Positions 46,191 through 56,214 of a DNA stretch of 64,000 bases are shown in pieces (the stretch's first letter is position 1; each line of letters opens with the position of its first letter). Under the pieces are notes generated by a model that did no database searches, was not told the DNA's origin, and saw only the letters and a list, made by a program, of their open reading frames with translations. The DNA comes from a virus (taxonomy: Duplodnaviria > Heunggongvirae > Uroviricota > Caudoviricetes): IMG/VR virus record IMGVR_UViG_3300010355_000975; one strand, given 5' to 3'. Made by a program: the position numbers and the translations under genes.

Positions 46191-46882
46191 ATTTTAATTA
46201 TTTACAATCTGAAATAAAAAATTTAGAAAAAAATGTTTCTTCTTTAAATGGAAAAACAGAACTTCTTGAATCACAGTATATTGATTTACAAGAAAAACAC
46301 TCCCTTTTAAAAGAAAAGCAAATAACTATTGCTCAAGCAATTGAATTACTCAACATTATTCAATCAGCTAATAAAGAAATTATTAAATCTGTTTTTGAAA
46401 ACATTGTTACTAAAGCACTTAATTTTATTAATCAATCAAATGAGTATAAATTTGAATTAGAATTTGACACACGGGGTAATCTTTCGACCTTGAGATTCTT
46501 ACTAAAAACCCCCAAAATGAAAGAATCCCATGACATATTAGATTGTAATTGTGGCGGAGATAAAGACGTTACATCTGTAGCTTTAAGGCATGTTCTTTTA
46601 GAAGTGAGTAAAACACCCGGATTTTTATTTTTAGATGAAATTGATAAAAGATTAGATTCGCCAGAAACTGAACAAAAAATGCTTGAATTTATTCAAGAAT
46701 TGCAAAAAGAAACTACTAGACAAGTGTTTTTAATTACTCATTCTCAAAGAGTGGTTGATTCAGTGCCTAATCCAATCATATTTAAATCACAACCTATTGC
46801 AACAGAAACAATTATAGAAAAAACGGACAATAAACCCAAAAAGAGGGGTGGGGGAAAGAGTAAGGCAAAGAAAGATCGTTGA
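46187..46882 (+). CDS. Rad50/SbcC-like ATPase, C-terminal half (coiled coil + signature + Walker B + H-loop)
   Basis: N-terminal coiled coil. 'NCGGDKDV' (signature-like). 'FLFLDEID' (Walker B/D-loop). 'LITHS' (H-loop). Confidence 0.6.
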   Translation: MNFNYLQSEIKNLEKNVSSLNGKTELLESQYIDLQEKHSLLKEKQITIAQAIELLNIIQSANKEIIKSVFENIVTKALNFINQSNEYKFELEFDTRGNLSTLRFLLKTPKMKESHDILDCNCGGDKDVTSVALRHVLLEVSKTPGFLFLDEIDKRLDSPETEQKMLEFIQELQKETTRQVFLITHSQRVVDSVPNPIIFKSQPIATETIIEKTDNKPKKRGGGKSKAKKDR

Positions 46883-46926
46883 ATGTAGAGGCATTTAGAA
46901 AGGGTTTTGAGGGTATTATAAGCTAC
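46871..46926 (+). repeat. copy B of post-stop-codon element (AAAGATCGTTGAATGTAGAGGCATTTAGAAAGGGTTTTGAGGGTATTATAAGC)
   Basis: The TGA stop of the upstream gene lies inside the element's TTGAATG. Confidence 0.5.
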
Positions 46927-46956
46927 TTGACAAAGCAGAATTAGATGTGGTATACT
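46927..46956 (+). promoter_or_regulatory. promoter TTGACA-N18-TATACTTTA (family member 5)
   Basis: ttgacaaagcagaattagatgtggTATACTtta. Confidence 0.55.
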
Positions 46957-46984
46957 TTAAATACTTAACTAAAGGAGAAGAAAA

Positions 46985-47299
46985 ATGGGTATTTTTCAAG
47001 AAACAGGTAATTACATTTATCCAACAAATAAAGCAAAGACGCCAGTTGTGGTAACTATTACAGGTGAATTGACTAGAGTTCAATCAAATAATCCACAGAT
47101 GAATTATAAAGGCAAAAATAATGAAGATAAGGGCTATTATGATATAATACCTGTGGTTGATGAGGAAGGAAACGAAAAGGTATTAAAAATCAGTACATGG
47201 GCTGTATATTATCTTTTGCGTGATTTAAATCCTGAAATTGGTGATACGATTGAAATTACCAGACCTCAAAATGGTAAATACGTTATTGTTAAAAAATAA
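46985..47299 (+). CDS. hypothetical protein
   Basis: RBS AAAGGAGAAGAAAAATG. Confidence 0.45.
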   Translation: MGIFQETGNYIYPTNKAKTPVVVTITGELTRVQSNNPQMNYKGKNNEDKGYYDIIPVVDEEGNEKVLKISTWAVYYLLRDLNPEIGDTIEITRPQNGKYVIVKK

Positions 47300-47311
47300 A
47301 GGAGAAAATTA

Positions 47312-47773
47312 ATGAATTATGTAACACCAAAATACGCTCAAAATAGCGTTGTTTATTTAGTTATTCAAAATAACATTTATAAATGTATTGTATTAGAAAT
47401 TATTATCAAATACCTCATTGATAAAACAGAAATTATTTATTCTTTACGCCCCTATGGATTACGACCAACTGATGCCGTACAAGCAAATGAAACAGAACTT
47501 TATGCAACACTTAATACAGCTAAACAAATTGCTCATAATCAATTGAACAATAATCTAAGTAAAGAAAAACTTCAAAAAGCATATCGAGAAAATTTAAAAA
47601 AGATCACTGAAAAGTATGAACCATTGATTAAAAATTATAAAAAAGAAATGAAGAAATTACATGATTTTATTGATAATGTAAACGATGCAACTTATGATGA
47701 AAAAGAAGAAAATTATCAAAAATCATTAACTGAAAAGGATGTTGAAAATGTCAACGAATCTCCAAAAGTTTAA
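47312..47773 (+). CDS. hypothetical protein
   Basis: RBS AAAGGAGAAAATTAATG. Confidence 0.45.
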   Translation: MNYVTPKYAQNSVVYLVIQNNIYKCIVLEIIIKYLIDKTEIIYSLRPYGLRPTDAVQANETELYATLNTAKQIAHNQLNNNLSKEKLQKAYRENLKKITEKYEPLIKNYKKEMKKLHDFIDNVNDATYDEKEENYQKSLTEKDVENVNESPKV

Positions 47774-48044
47774 TGTTAATGATGATGTCTATATTGTGCA
47801 AGATTATAAAATTAGCAAAGCGAAGGTGTTGGCTGTTTTACAAGTGATTGAAGAAAAGAATGCTTACATTGAATACCGCTTAATGTGCAGAGATAATAAA
47901 GTAAGATTAATTAATCAAGCATATTTAGTAAATACATTAGATCAAGCAAAAAAAGCGGCAACTACAAACATGGAACGAATTTATGTTCAAGTGATTGAAT
48001 CAATTAAAAATTTAACAGAAGAACAATTAACTGATGGTAAATGA
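47748..48044 (+). CDS. hypothetical protein
   Basis: Internal Met start MSTNLQKF. Confidence 0.4.
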   Translation: MSTNLQKFNVNDDVYIVQDYKISKAKVLAVLQVIEEKNAYIEYRLMCRDNKVRLINQAYLVNTLDQAKKAATTNMERIYVQVIESIKNLTEEQLTDGK

Positions 48045-48789
48045 TTGTATCATAATTGGTGGCGGTTCATCTATTCGCCCAAATAGAATTATTCCAATAG
48101 AAGAATTAGATGTTTGGAAAAAAATAAAACATTCTTTCACTATTGGAACCAATTTTACATATAAATGGTTTATACCGACTGTTCAAATGTTTGGCGATCA
48201 TCAGTTTTATTATGCTTTACAAAATGAATTATCACAATTGCCTTTAGTAATTGGAAATAAAGATCGGAAGTTTTATAAAGCAGGAAATAAACGAGTTAGC
48301 CCAAATACGCATTTAATTATTGGTAGCAGAATTTATAATGGAATTGATTCAATACGTAAGGGTCTTTATTGTTATCAATTAATTGGAATGGCGGCTATTT
48401 CATTTGCTATTGGATTACAATGTAAAAACATTTATTTATTAGGGTATGATTGTTGTGCTATTAATGGTCATACCCATTTTTATTCAATGGAAGAAGGCAG
48501 TTATACTTATAATAATATTAAAAGAACAGGGATTGGACAGTTTTTTAATGAGCGATTAAAAAAGATTGTTTATAGATCACAACCTTATGATGATATAGAT
48601 AGATTAAATAATTATTGGTTTGCGCCATTTAAACAAGCATTAAATGAAGGAATTAACATTTTTAATGTATCTGAACAAAGTGTTTTAAATGTGTTTCCAA
48701 AAATAAATTATGATGAATTTTATAAAAAAATTGCATTGATTAATCATCAACAAAATGAAATTCGGCAATTTATTAAAGAAAGATTATAA
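48034..48789 (+). CDS. DUF115/MptE-like protein (Maf-type putative glycosyltransferase)
   Basis: N-terminal 'DCIIIGGGSSIRPN' resembles the (c)ivGnGPSL start of motility-accessory-factor/MptE-like proteins. Call is tentative. Confidence 0.35.
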   Translation: MVNDCIIIGGGSSIRPNRIIPIEELDVWKKIKHSFTIGTNFTYKWFIPTVQMFGDHQFYYALQNELSQLPLVIGNKDRKFYKAGNKRVSPNTHLIIGSRIYNGIDSIRKGLYCYQLIGMAAISFAIGLQCKNIYLLGYDCCAINGHTHFYSMEEGSYTYNNIKRTGIGQFFNERLKKIVYRSQPYDDIDRLNNYWFAPFKQALNEGINIFNVSEQSVLNVFPKINYDEFYKKIALINHQQNEIRQFIKERL

Positions 48790-48883
48790 TGAAATCAACA
48801 ATTACATTTGCCGTATCTATTATAACAGCACTACTTGGATCAATAATTTATATTATTAATTTAATCAATAAGAGTTTAAAAAA

Positions 48884-49288
48884 ATGAAGTCTTTAAAAAT
48901 TTGGGGAATAGTAAATACTTTATTTGAATCTGATCATTGTAAAATTGACCACTTATATATTCGTAAAGATACTGCATGTAGTTTGCATTATCATAATAAA
49001 AAGTTTAATAGATTCATTTTACTAAAAGGAAATGTTCATATTATTACTGATTTAGGCGATTATCAATTAAAATTAGATGAGCCATTTGATATTGAACCAG
49101 CAATTATTCATCAATTTAGAGCATTTCAAAATAGTTTTGTATTAGAAATAGCATATACTATAAAAGAACCTTTAGAAGAAAATGATATTATTCGGATTAA
49201 ACAAGGTGGCGAATTTATTGATGGTAAATTCTTTACATTGGATGAATTAAAAAACCAAAAGTTAAAAAACTATAATGATTATGAATAA
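48884..49288 (+). CDS. cupin-fold protein (possible sugar isomerase/epimerase-like)
   Basis: 134 aa. 'SLHYHNKKFNRFILLKGNVHI' has a two-His cupin-like motif. Confidence 0.35.
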   Translation: MKSLKIWGIVNTLFESDHCKIDHLYIRKDTACSLHYHNKKFNRFILLKGNVHIITDLGDYQLKLDEPFDIEPAIIHQFRAFQNSFVLEIAYTIKEPLEENDIIRIKQGGEFIDGKFFTLDELKNQKLKNYNDYE

Positions 49289-49715
49289 ACAGATAAAGGT
49301 AATGACTATTGGCGTGTATGATCTATTACATAGAGGTCATATTATATATTTAAATTTGGCAAAATCATTGGGCGATAAATTAATAGTTGGTATAATGAGT
49401 GATCAATTTACTAAAAAACAAAAAAAACATGCGCCTATTCAGAACCAAAAAGATAGACGTTTTGCAGTACAAAATCTAAAATGTGTTGATGAAACATTTA
49501 TTTATACAAAGTCAGATTATTTAAAATATTTTAAAAACTTTAATGCAGACATTTTTTATTTAACATATGAATGTAAGAATGATCCTCGATTTAATCCATT
49601 GCTTAATTATATTGAAAAAACCAATAAAAAAATGGTATATGTAAAAATTTCAAAAAGTTTTAAACAAAAATATTCAAGTTCTTTAATTAAAAAACGAATT
49701 CAAGGAATAAAATGA
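49275..49715 (+). CDS. TagD-like cytidylyltransferase (glycerol-3-phosphate cytidylyltransferase family)
   Basis: 'TIGVYDLLHRGH' (GxFDxxHxGH). 'IMSDQFTKKQKK...NLKCVDE' parallels TagD 'ISTDEFNLQKQKK...RYVDEV'. Confidence 0.6.
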   Translation: MIMNKQIKVMTIGVYDLLHRGHIIYLNLAKSLGDKLIVGIMSDQFTKKQKKHAPIQNQKDRRFAVQNLKCVDETFIYTKSDYLKYFKNFNADIFYLTYECKNDPRFNPLLNYIEKTNKKMVYVKISKSFKQKYSSSLIKKRIQGIK

Positions 49716-50086
49716 AATTAATAAAAATAAGCGAGTTAAAACCAATTGAAGGGCATAGTAAGAAACGTGTTAATTGGCTTAAAAATAAGATTATTAAAGA
49801 ACAAATTTGGACAAAACCGATTTGTATTGAACAAAAATATAATATTGTTTTAGATGGTATGCATCGGTTCGAAGTTGCTAAATTATTAAAAATGAAATAT
49901 ATTCCTTGTGAATTGTTTGATTATAACGATGTTAAAGTTTGGAGTTTAAGGTCAAATCATATTATTACTGCAAGTATTGTGATTGAAAAAATTAAACAAG
50001 GATATATTTATCCTTTTAAAACTGTTAAGCATGATTTTTTATCAATCATTAAGTTATGTAATATACCATTAAAAGAGTTATTATAA
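49712..50086 (+). CDS. ParB/sulfiredoxin-like nuclease-domain protein
   Basis: 'IKISELKPIEGH...PICIE...VLDGMHRFEVAKLLKMKYIPCEL' resembles the ParBc/Srx fold consensus. Confidence 0.4.
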   Translation: MKLIKISELKPIEGHSKKRVNWLKNKIIKEQIWTKPICIEQKYNIVLDGMHRFEVAKLLKMKYIPCELFDYNDVKVWSLRSNHIITASIVIEKIKQGYIYPFKTVKHDFLSIIKLCNIPLKELL

Positions 50087-51294
50087 TGAATTTTAGAGCT
50101 GTTACTTTAGGATTCACGCCTTCAACATCTAAACAAAATGATTTAGATAATATTTATTCTTTTTTTACTAAATTCCATTCTATTTTCCCCAATTATTATA
50201 TTCATACCAAAAGACTAACTGTGCCAACAATTCGCCTTGAGCATATTCTTTCGTCACAAATCAATGATTGTTATTCTCAAATTTTTGAACTTTGTAACCG
50301 AAGTAATATCCGATGGTTTTGTTTACCATTTATACCAACTAAAAGCACAAGTAATAACGATTATAATCAATTATTGCATATATGTTTAAAAGAAAAAGTA
50401 TTTATTAATTTGTTGGCAACACATAATAATAATAGTATTTTATGTGATAAGATTCCTTTAATGAGCGAGTTTATAAAAAATGCTAGTAAAATATCAAGTA
50501 ATGGTTATCAAAATTTTAAAATAGGTGTGTCTTGTAATTGTTCTTCAAATTTCCCATTTTTTCCTTTTTCATATCATGGACATACTCAAAATGGGTTTTC
50601 ATTGGCATTAGAATTGATCCCATTATTTATTAATACAATAAAACAATATCCAAATAGTAGTTTATTAAAAATTAAAGAAATATTGATTAAAAATCTATCA
50701 TCAGAATTATTGACAATAAATACTTTAGCTAAACAAATTGAACAAGATACTGGATTCTCTTATTTTGGCGTTGATGCGGCAATAGCACCATTTCCAAATA
50801 AAGAGCACAGTATTATGAATATATTTTCCTTATTAGACACTAAAGCATTTGGTGATTATAGCACATTGTTTTTAACATCATTCTTAACGGATATTATAAA
50901 AACGTCGATTAAACAGACGAAAATACAAAGCATTGGATTTAATGGTGTAATGTTTTCAATATTAGAAGATAATGGCTTGGCAGAAAGTGATTCTAATTTA
51001 TTTTCAATTGATTCATTAATGCTTTATTCTTCAGTGTGTGGATGTGGTATAGATATGGTTCCTGTTCCTGAAAATATTTCTATAAATGAAATTGGGAAAA
51101 TAATTTTAGATGTATCTGCTTTATCAATTGTATTAAAAAAACCGTTGGGCGTTAGATTATTACCAATACCAAATAAACAAGCACATGAAGTAACTAATAT
51201 AAACCACGATTTTATTTGTAATAGTTATATTAAAAATATTAAAAATGGGTGTAATAATAAACGGATTTTTCAAAATGTCTATAAATACTTTTGA
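50086..51294 (+). CDS. DUF711/UPF0210 family protein
   Basis: 'NFRAVTLGF' start. C-terminal 'GFNGVMFSILEDNGLAE...LMLYSSVCGCGIDMVPVPEN...ALSIVLKKPLGVRLLPIP' parallels UPF0210 'GGLSGAFIPVSEDEGM...AICSVGLDMIAIPED...IGVINMKTTAVRIIP'. Confidence 0.5.
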   Translation: MNFRAVTLGFTPSTSKQNDLDNIYSFFTKFHSIFPNYYIHTKRLTVPTIRLEHILSSQINDCYSQIFELCNRSNIRWFCLPFIPTKSTSNNDYNQLLHICLKEKVFINLLATHNNNSILCDKIPLMSEFIKNASKISSNGYQNFKIGVSCNCSSNFPFFPFSYHGHTQNGFSLALELIPLFINTIKQYPNSSLLKIKEILIKNLSSELLTINTLAKQIEQDTGFSYFGVDAAIAPFPNKEHSIMNIFSLLDTKAFGDYSTLFLTSFLTDIIKTSIKQTKIQSIGFNGVMFSILEDNGLAESDSNLFSIDSLMLYSSVCGCGIDMVPVPENISINEIGKIILDVSALSIVLKKPLGVRLLPIPNKQAHEVTNINHDFICNSYIKNIKNGCNNKRIFQNVYKYF

Positions 51295-51973
51295 AGTAAA
51301 AAAATTTTGGTTACAGAGATCAAAAGAACAACTACCAATGGATTCATTGAGCTGTTTAGAAAATAATCCATTTTTGGTTAAAATAAAATTGTTTTTAGAA
51401 TCACAAAAAATTCGTAAATACATACAAGATTTAAAAGGAATACATTGTTTAGATTTAGGTTCTGGTACTGGATATTGGAGCCGGGTTTTAAGTCAGTATT
51501 TTCAACATATTGATTCGGTTGAGTATATTAAAAATTTTATTAATTTATCACAAAACGAAGATAAGAAACAAAAAATTAACAATATAAAATATTATAATCA
51601 AAGTGTGAATAATTTTAGGTCAGTTAAAAAATACGATATGATTTTTATATCAGGATTATTTATTTATTTGACGGATTATCAGATTGTTAATTTATTTATT
51701 CAAATAATAAAATATTCGAAAAAAGGAACATATATTATTTTGCGAGATGGAACAAGCATATTGCCTCATCAATATGAATTCAACTCTAAATATTCACATT
51801 TATTAAACAGTAAATATAGTGCTATATATCGAACACGCCAAGAATATTTACATATTTTTGAGCAATATGGATTTAAATTAATAAAAGATGAAGATATGTT
51901 TACTAATAATATATTATTAAATAAATTCCGTGAAAAAAAATTAAGAATCTATCTATTCCAAAGGACAAAATAA
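51275..51973 (+). CDS. class I SAM-dependent methyltransferase
   Basis: Motif I 'CLDLGSGTGYW'. Confidence 0.55.
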   Translation: MSINTFEVKKFWLQRSKEQLPMDSLSCLENNPFLVKIKLFLESQKIRKYIQDLKGIHCLDLGSGTGYWSRVLSQYFQHIDSVEYIKNFINLSQNEDKKQKINNIKYYNQSVNNFRSVKKYDMIFISGLFIYLTDYQIVNLFIQIIKYSKKGTYIILRDGTSILPHQYEFNSKYSHLLNSKYSAIYRTRQEYLHIFEQYGFKLIKDEDMFTNNILLNKFREKKLRIYLFQRTK

Positions 51974-52536
51974 TGAGTCTATTACCAATTGATTTTAAAA
52001 AATATCAAAATGAATACGCAATTGAATGCAAAGCAATTCAGGAATATTTTCGGATAAATTTTAATGTTCCAGTCTTTTTAGTTTATGGAACATTATTAGG
52101 ATGCGTTCAAAGTCAATCCTTTATTTCTTTTGATGATGATATTGATTTATCTTATATGAGTAATAAACATACTGCTCAAGAAGTTGTTCAAGAAATGAAA
52201 ATGTTTTATGAAAAATTAAATGCAGATGGCTTATTGGCCCATATTAAAAATCATACTGGTCAAGCATGGGTTTATAGTCCAAGTAAAAATATAATGGTTG
52301 ATATGTGGACATCATGGACAGATGCGAATAATAAATTTTATTGTGTTAATTGGGTAGATGGCTGTTTTCACAAAGATAGTGTTGTACCGTTTGCAATTGG
52401 TAAATTAGCAAATGAAAAATTTTTTATTCCAAAACAACATGCCCAACTTTTACAATATTGGTATGGAGATTGGAAAACGCCTCAACCACGAAAAAAGCAC
52501 ATGAGAATGTCGTATTATTTACCAAAGGAAAAATAA
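51973..52536 (+). CDS. LicD-family phosphotransferase
   Basis: 'VYGTLLGCVQSQSFISFDDDIDL' matches LicD 'YGTLLGAVRH.GFIPWDDDID'. Confidence 0.6.
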   Translation: MSLLPIDFKKYQNEYAIECKAIQEYFRINFNVPVFLVYGTLLGCVQSQSFISFDDDIDLSYMSNKHTAQEVVQEMKMFYEKLNADGLLAHIKNHTGQAWVYSPSKNIMVDMWTSWTDANNKFYCVNWVDGCFHKDSVVPFAIGKLANEKFFIPKQHAQLLQYWYGDWKTPQPRKKHMRMSYYLPKEK

Positions 52537-53117
52537 TGAAACCAACACCGCAATCCCTATGGGGAATTAATTCGGATATTTCTTGGCAATGGCATTTAAA
52601 TTTTATCGGACAATACCAACAACATAATTATTATTTATATTATGTGATCGATAGAATTATGAGCCAAAATAATCAGATTACTAAAATTATTGAATTAGGC
52701 ACAGGATATGGTGCATTAACAATAGTACTTGGATTATGGGGTATTAAAAGAAATATTCCAGTATATACAGTTGATATTAGACCCAACAAAATTGACCCAA
52801 TTAAATCTGTTTTAGATTGTTTAAAAGTTACTATTTTAGAAAAAGATATTTATAGTGAGGAAACCACTAAAGATTTACAAACAATTATTGGAAATGAACC
52901 TGTTTTAATGGTTTGTGATGGTTTAGATAAAAGCATAGAACTGAATACATGGGTTCCTTTACTACCAAATAATAGCATTGTTTGCGGACATGATTATAGA
53001 ACAGAATGTATTCCTGAAAAAATTAAAGACATTACTGATAAACATTGTATTCCATTTGAAGAAGAGAATTGGGAAAAATTAAATGTCCAATTAGTTGTTT
53101 ACAAAAAGGTAAAATAA
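52536..53117 (+). CDS. class I SAM-dependent methyltransferase (CmcI/rhamnosyl-O-MTase-like)
   Basis: 'IIELGTGYGALT' motif I preceded by a W-rich segment. Confidence 0.45.
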   Translation: MKPTPQSLWGINSDISWQWHLNFIGQYQQHNYYLYYVIDRIMSQNNQITKIIELGTGYGALTIVLGLWGIKRNIPVYTVDIRPNKIDPIKSVLDCLKVTILEKDIYSEETTKDLQTIIGNEPVLMVCDGLDKSIELNTWVPLLPNNSIVCGHDYRTECIPEKIKDITDKHCIPFEEENWEKLNVQLVVYKKVK

Positions 53118-53707
53118 TGCCAGCAATCGATATTATAAAACATCTTATTAAACAATCGGGTATTGGATTAGGTAGTGGCGAACAATGCTATGATGCCATG
53201 TATACAATAGCTAGATCATTTCAAATTCAATCACTTGTTGAAATTGGTACATATAAAGCATATTCTACAATTGTATTTTGCCAAGCAATTTTAGATAATA
53301 AACAAACACCAACAATTTACACAACAGATCAATGGAATAATTATGGATTAGATATTGGTGTAGTTGAACCGGTGGCTAGAAAACATATTACTCAAATGAA
53401 TTTTGATCAATACATTAATGTGATTAAAGGGGATTCTGCTAAGACAATTCCTGAATTATTTAAATCAATTGGTAAAGTAGATATGTGTTTTATTGATGGA
53501 GATCATACATTAAACGGGGTTCAAACAGATTTTAATAATTGTAAGGATTATACTGATATTATTTTATTTCACGATGCATTATGTGGAAAGGATGTTAAAG
53601 AATTTCTTACAACAATTAAAGGGTGGACAATTATTACTTTTCCTACAAAATATATTGAGGGGGATAACCGGGATTTAGGAATTGCATTGGCGGTGAAAAA
53701 TATATGA
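53117..53707 (+). CDS. class I SAM-dependent O-methyltransferase (family 3-like)
   Basis: 'LVEIGTYKAYSTI' and 'CFIDGDHT'. Confidence 0.55.
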   Translation: MPAIDIIKHLIKQSGIGLGSGEQCYDAMYTIARSFQIQSLVEIGTYKAYSTIVFCQAILDNKQTPTIYTTDQWNNYGLDIGVVEPVARKHITQMNFDQYINVIKGDSAKTIPELFKSIGKVDMCFIDGDHTLNGVQTDFNNCKDYTDIILFHDALCGKDVKEFLTTIKGWTIITFPTKYIEGDNRDLGIALAVKNI

Positions 53708-54705
53708 AAATCTTAATAAAAACATTCTATGGCACATATGAATATTTTCAAAATAATCGATTCGAATCACATTGTAGTACCTATTATACTTTATTGTTTA
53801 GAGAAATTTTTCGTAGATTAGGACATACATGTGATTTATTTGGAAAAGTTGCTATACCTAATGAAATAGTAAATGATTATAGTGGTTATGATATGATTTT
53901 ATTTTGGGGATTAGAATCATTTCTTTTTGATCTTGAATTTTCTAAAGGCGTGTTGCAACATTTTAAAGGCAAAAAATGTTTATACATTACTGCACAAATC
54001 ACACATTCATTGATTCATTTATTTGATTATATTTTTCCATGTGAAGTACCACAATATCAATTATTTTATGAAAAACAATACCCAACGGCAAAAACACGAT
54101 TAGTTAATTTTGCATCACCCCTTTATGATTTTGTAGATTCGGACACAATTAATCCATATAATGATACCTTATTTAAAACAATTTATACAGGAATTATTAC
54201 TGGACGATCTAAACAAATATTAAATGAATTAGCTGAAAGAGAAATCAATTTATATATTGGCGGCATTTATGCGCCTCCTGATGGTAGTTCATGCCGGCAT
54301 GTATCGCTAACTGAAATGCAAAATGAATTTAGCCAAAAAATACATTGGCTTACTAATACAGGCAATTTTCCTTATGGTTCACATTTTAAATATTTAAAAT
54401 ACGCTGATGTTGGACTAAATTTTTACCCAACACCCTATTTAACTTCAATCCCAATTAATAGTAAAATAATTGATTATCTTGTGTGTGGGCTTCCTATTGT
54501 TAGTGAAAATGCTTCACCAAATAATTTTAGAATTACTGATTTAAATGCTGGTGAAATTGTTCAATGGTATAACATTGACGAAATATATAATGCAATTCAA
54601 AAAATCAAAACATCATCTATGAATCGTAATCAAATTAAACAATCGGCCAGACAAATCTTTGATCCATTATCAATTGGTCAAACTATTTTACAGGAGATAA
54701 AATAA
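53704..54705 (+). CDS. putative glycosyltransferase (GT-B-like C-terminal half)
   Basis: 'KIIDYLVCGLPIVSEN' resembles the GT1/GT4 C-terminal donor-binding region. Otherwise novel. Confidence 0.3.
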   Translation: MKILIKTFYGTYEYFQNNRFESHCSTYYTLLFREIFRRLGHTCDLFGKVAIPNEIVNDYSGYDMILFWGLESFLFDLEFSKGVLQHFKGKKCLYITAQITHSLIHLFDYIFPCEVPQYQLFYEKQYPTAKTRLVNFASPLYDFVDSDTINPYNDTLFKTIYTGIITGRSKQILNELAEREINLYIGGIYAPPDGSSCRHVSLTEMQNEFSQKIHWLTNTGNFPYGSHFKYLKYADVGLNFYPTPYLTSIPINSKIIDYLVCGLPIVSENASPNNFRITDLNAGEIVQWYNIDEIYNAIQKIKTSSMNRNQIKQSARQIFDPLSIGQTILQEIK

Positions 54706-55259
54706 TGCCTACTTCTCATTGGTCATACATTACCAAGATTGTTAATGTTATTAAATTAAAAAATCCACAATCTATGCTAGAGATTGGATTAGGCTTTGGC
54801 AAATACGGCGTTCTAGCTAGAGAATACCTAGAAGTTTATGGTGCAAATCGATGGCAAAAAAAAGAATGGAAAGTTCAGATTGATGGCGTAGAAATTTATA
54901 CACCTTATATTACTGAACAAATTAAGCATTATTATAATACTATTTATAATGATGATATTGTCAAATTATTCAAAGAAAATAAACTAGGTAATTATGATCT
55001 AATTTTAATGACTGATGTATTAGAGCATTTGAATAAAGAAGATGGAAAGTTTGTTTTTGATCAAATTTTATCTCATTCAAAAACTGCTATATTTGCTGTT
55101 CCATTAGGCGATTGGCGATATACTTTTGATGGAGATAATAAAAATGAATCGCATATTTCAGTATGGGAGTATAAGGAATTTATTCATAAATCTTTAAAAG
55201 ATAGTAAAACTTATCCTGTATCAGGCAAAAAAATTGGGGTATTTATTTATGAAAATTAA
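54705..55259 (+). CDS. class I SAM-dependent methyltransferase
   Basis: 'MLEIGLGFGKYG' and 'ILMTDVLEHL'. Confidence 0.6.
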   Translation: MPTSHWSYITKIVNVIKLKNPQSMLEIGLGFGKYGVLAREYLEVYGANRWQKKEWKVQIDGVEIYTPYITEQIKHYYNTIYNDDIVKLFKENKLGNYDLILMTDVLEHLNKEDGKFVFDQILSHSKTAIFAVPLGDWRYTFDGDNKNESHISVWEYKEFIHKSLKDSKTYPVSGKKIGVFIYEN

Positions 55260-56214
55260 TGACTTAACAGTATTTATTATCACTACTGGTAAAAACATTA
55301 ATTATCCAGATTGTATTAAAGCATTACAGAAGCAATCTTTCTCATTTAAAGTGGATATTATTAGAGAGTATTCGCCTTTATCAGTTGCTTTTCAAGAAAT
55401 GCTAAATAGATGTACTACGAAGTATTTTATCCAAGTTGATGAAGATATGGTATTGCAACCAAATGCCATTGAAACATTATATAATAGTATTAAAAATCAA
55501 TCACAGTATAGCATGATTTGTTATTCATTAAATGATGTACATTATGGTATTGATATATTAGGAATTAAAATATATGACCATGATATTTTTAAACAATTTC
55601 CTTATAATACCACGCATCCAAGTTGTGAAGTAGAACAATTAGAACGAGTAACCAATGCAGGATATAAATGGCTATCTTATTCAAATGTAGTTGGGCAACA
55701 CTCACCAAAATGGACAAGTGAGGAGATTTTTAATCGTTACAATGTATTAGTCAAAAAACAAAAATTATTAGCTGGCACATGCGGATTTGGTAACATTCAG
55801 CAAACATTAGTAAATAGATTAAAAAATAAATTTAGTTCATTAGATTTTTTTGCCTTACTAGGAGCTAACTCTGCTTTAACATCACCCGCCTTTAATTCTG
55901 AAAAAAATTATAAAAAAACCAATCCTGATTATTTACATTATGAACAGTCATATTCTGATTTACTTATAGAATATAAACCATTGAATATTTTATTTCTATA
56001 TGATGTTGACGGATGGGTGTTTGATTTTGAAACTAGAGCATACAAACAATTTAGCTCACACAACATTATTAGAAAAAAATTTAATACCATTGGCGATTCA
56101 ATTACAAAAAATGATTTAAAAGATATAGATATTTTACTTATTCCCGGAAGTTGTCACTATAAGCATTTAAATGATTTAGGAATAATTAAATTTGCTAAAC
56201 AACAGAAAATTTAA
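55249..56214 (+). CDS. family 2 glycosyltransferase (3' end truncated by tandem duplication)
   Basis: 'LTVFIITTGKN...QKQS' and 'QVDEDM' (DxD-like). Confidence 0.5.
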   Translation: MKINDLTVFIITTGKNINYPDCIKALQKQSFSFKVDIIREYSPLSVAFQEMLNRCTTKYFIQVDEDMVLQPNAIETLYNSIKNQSQYSMICYSLNDVHYGIDILGIKIYDHDIFKQFPYNTTHPSCEVEQLERVTNAGYKWLSYSNVVGQHSPKWTSEEIFNRYNVLVKKQKLLAGTCGFGNIQQTLVNRLKNKFSSLDFFALLGANSALTSPAFNSEKNYKKTNPDYLHYEQSYSDLLIEYKPLNILFLYDVDGWVFDFETRAYKQFSSHNIIRKKFNTIGDSITKNDLKDIDILLIPGSCHYKHLNDLGIIKFAKQQKI

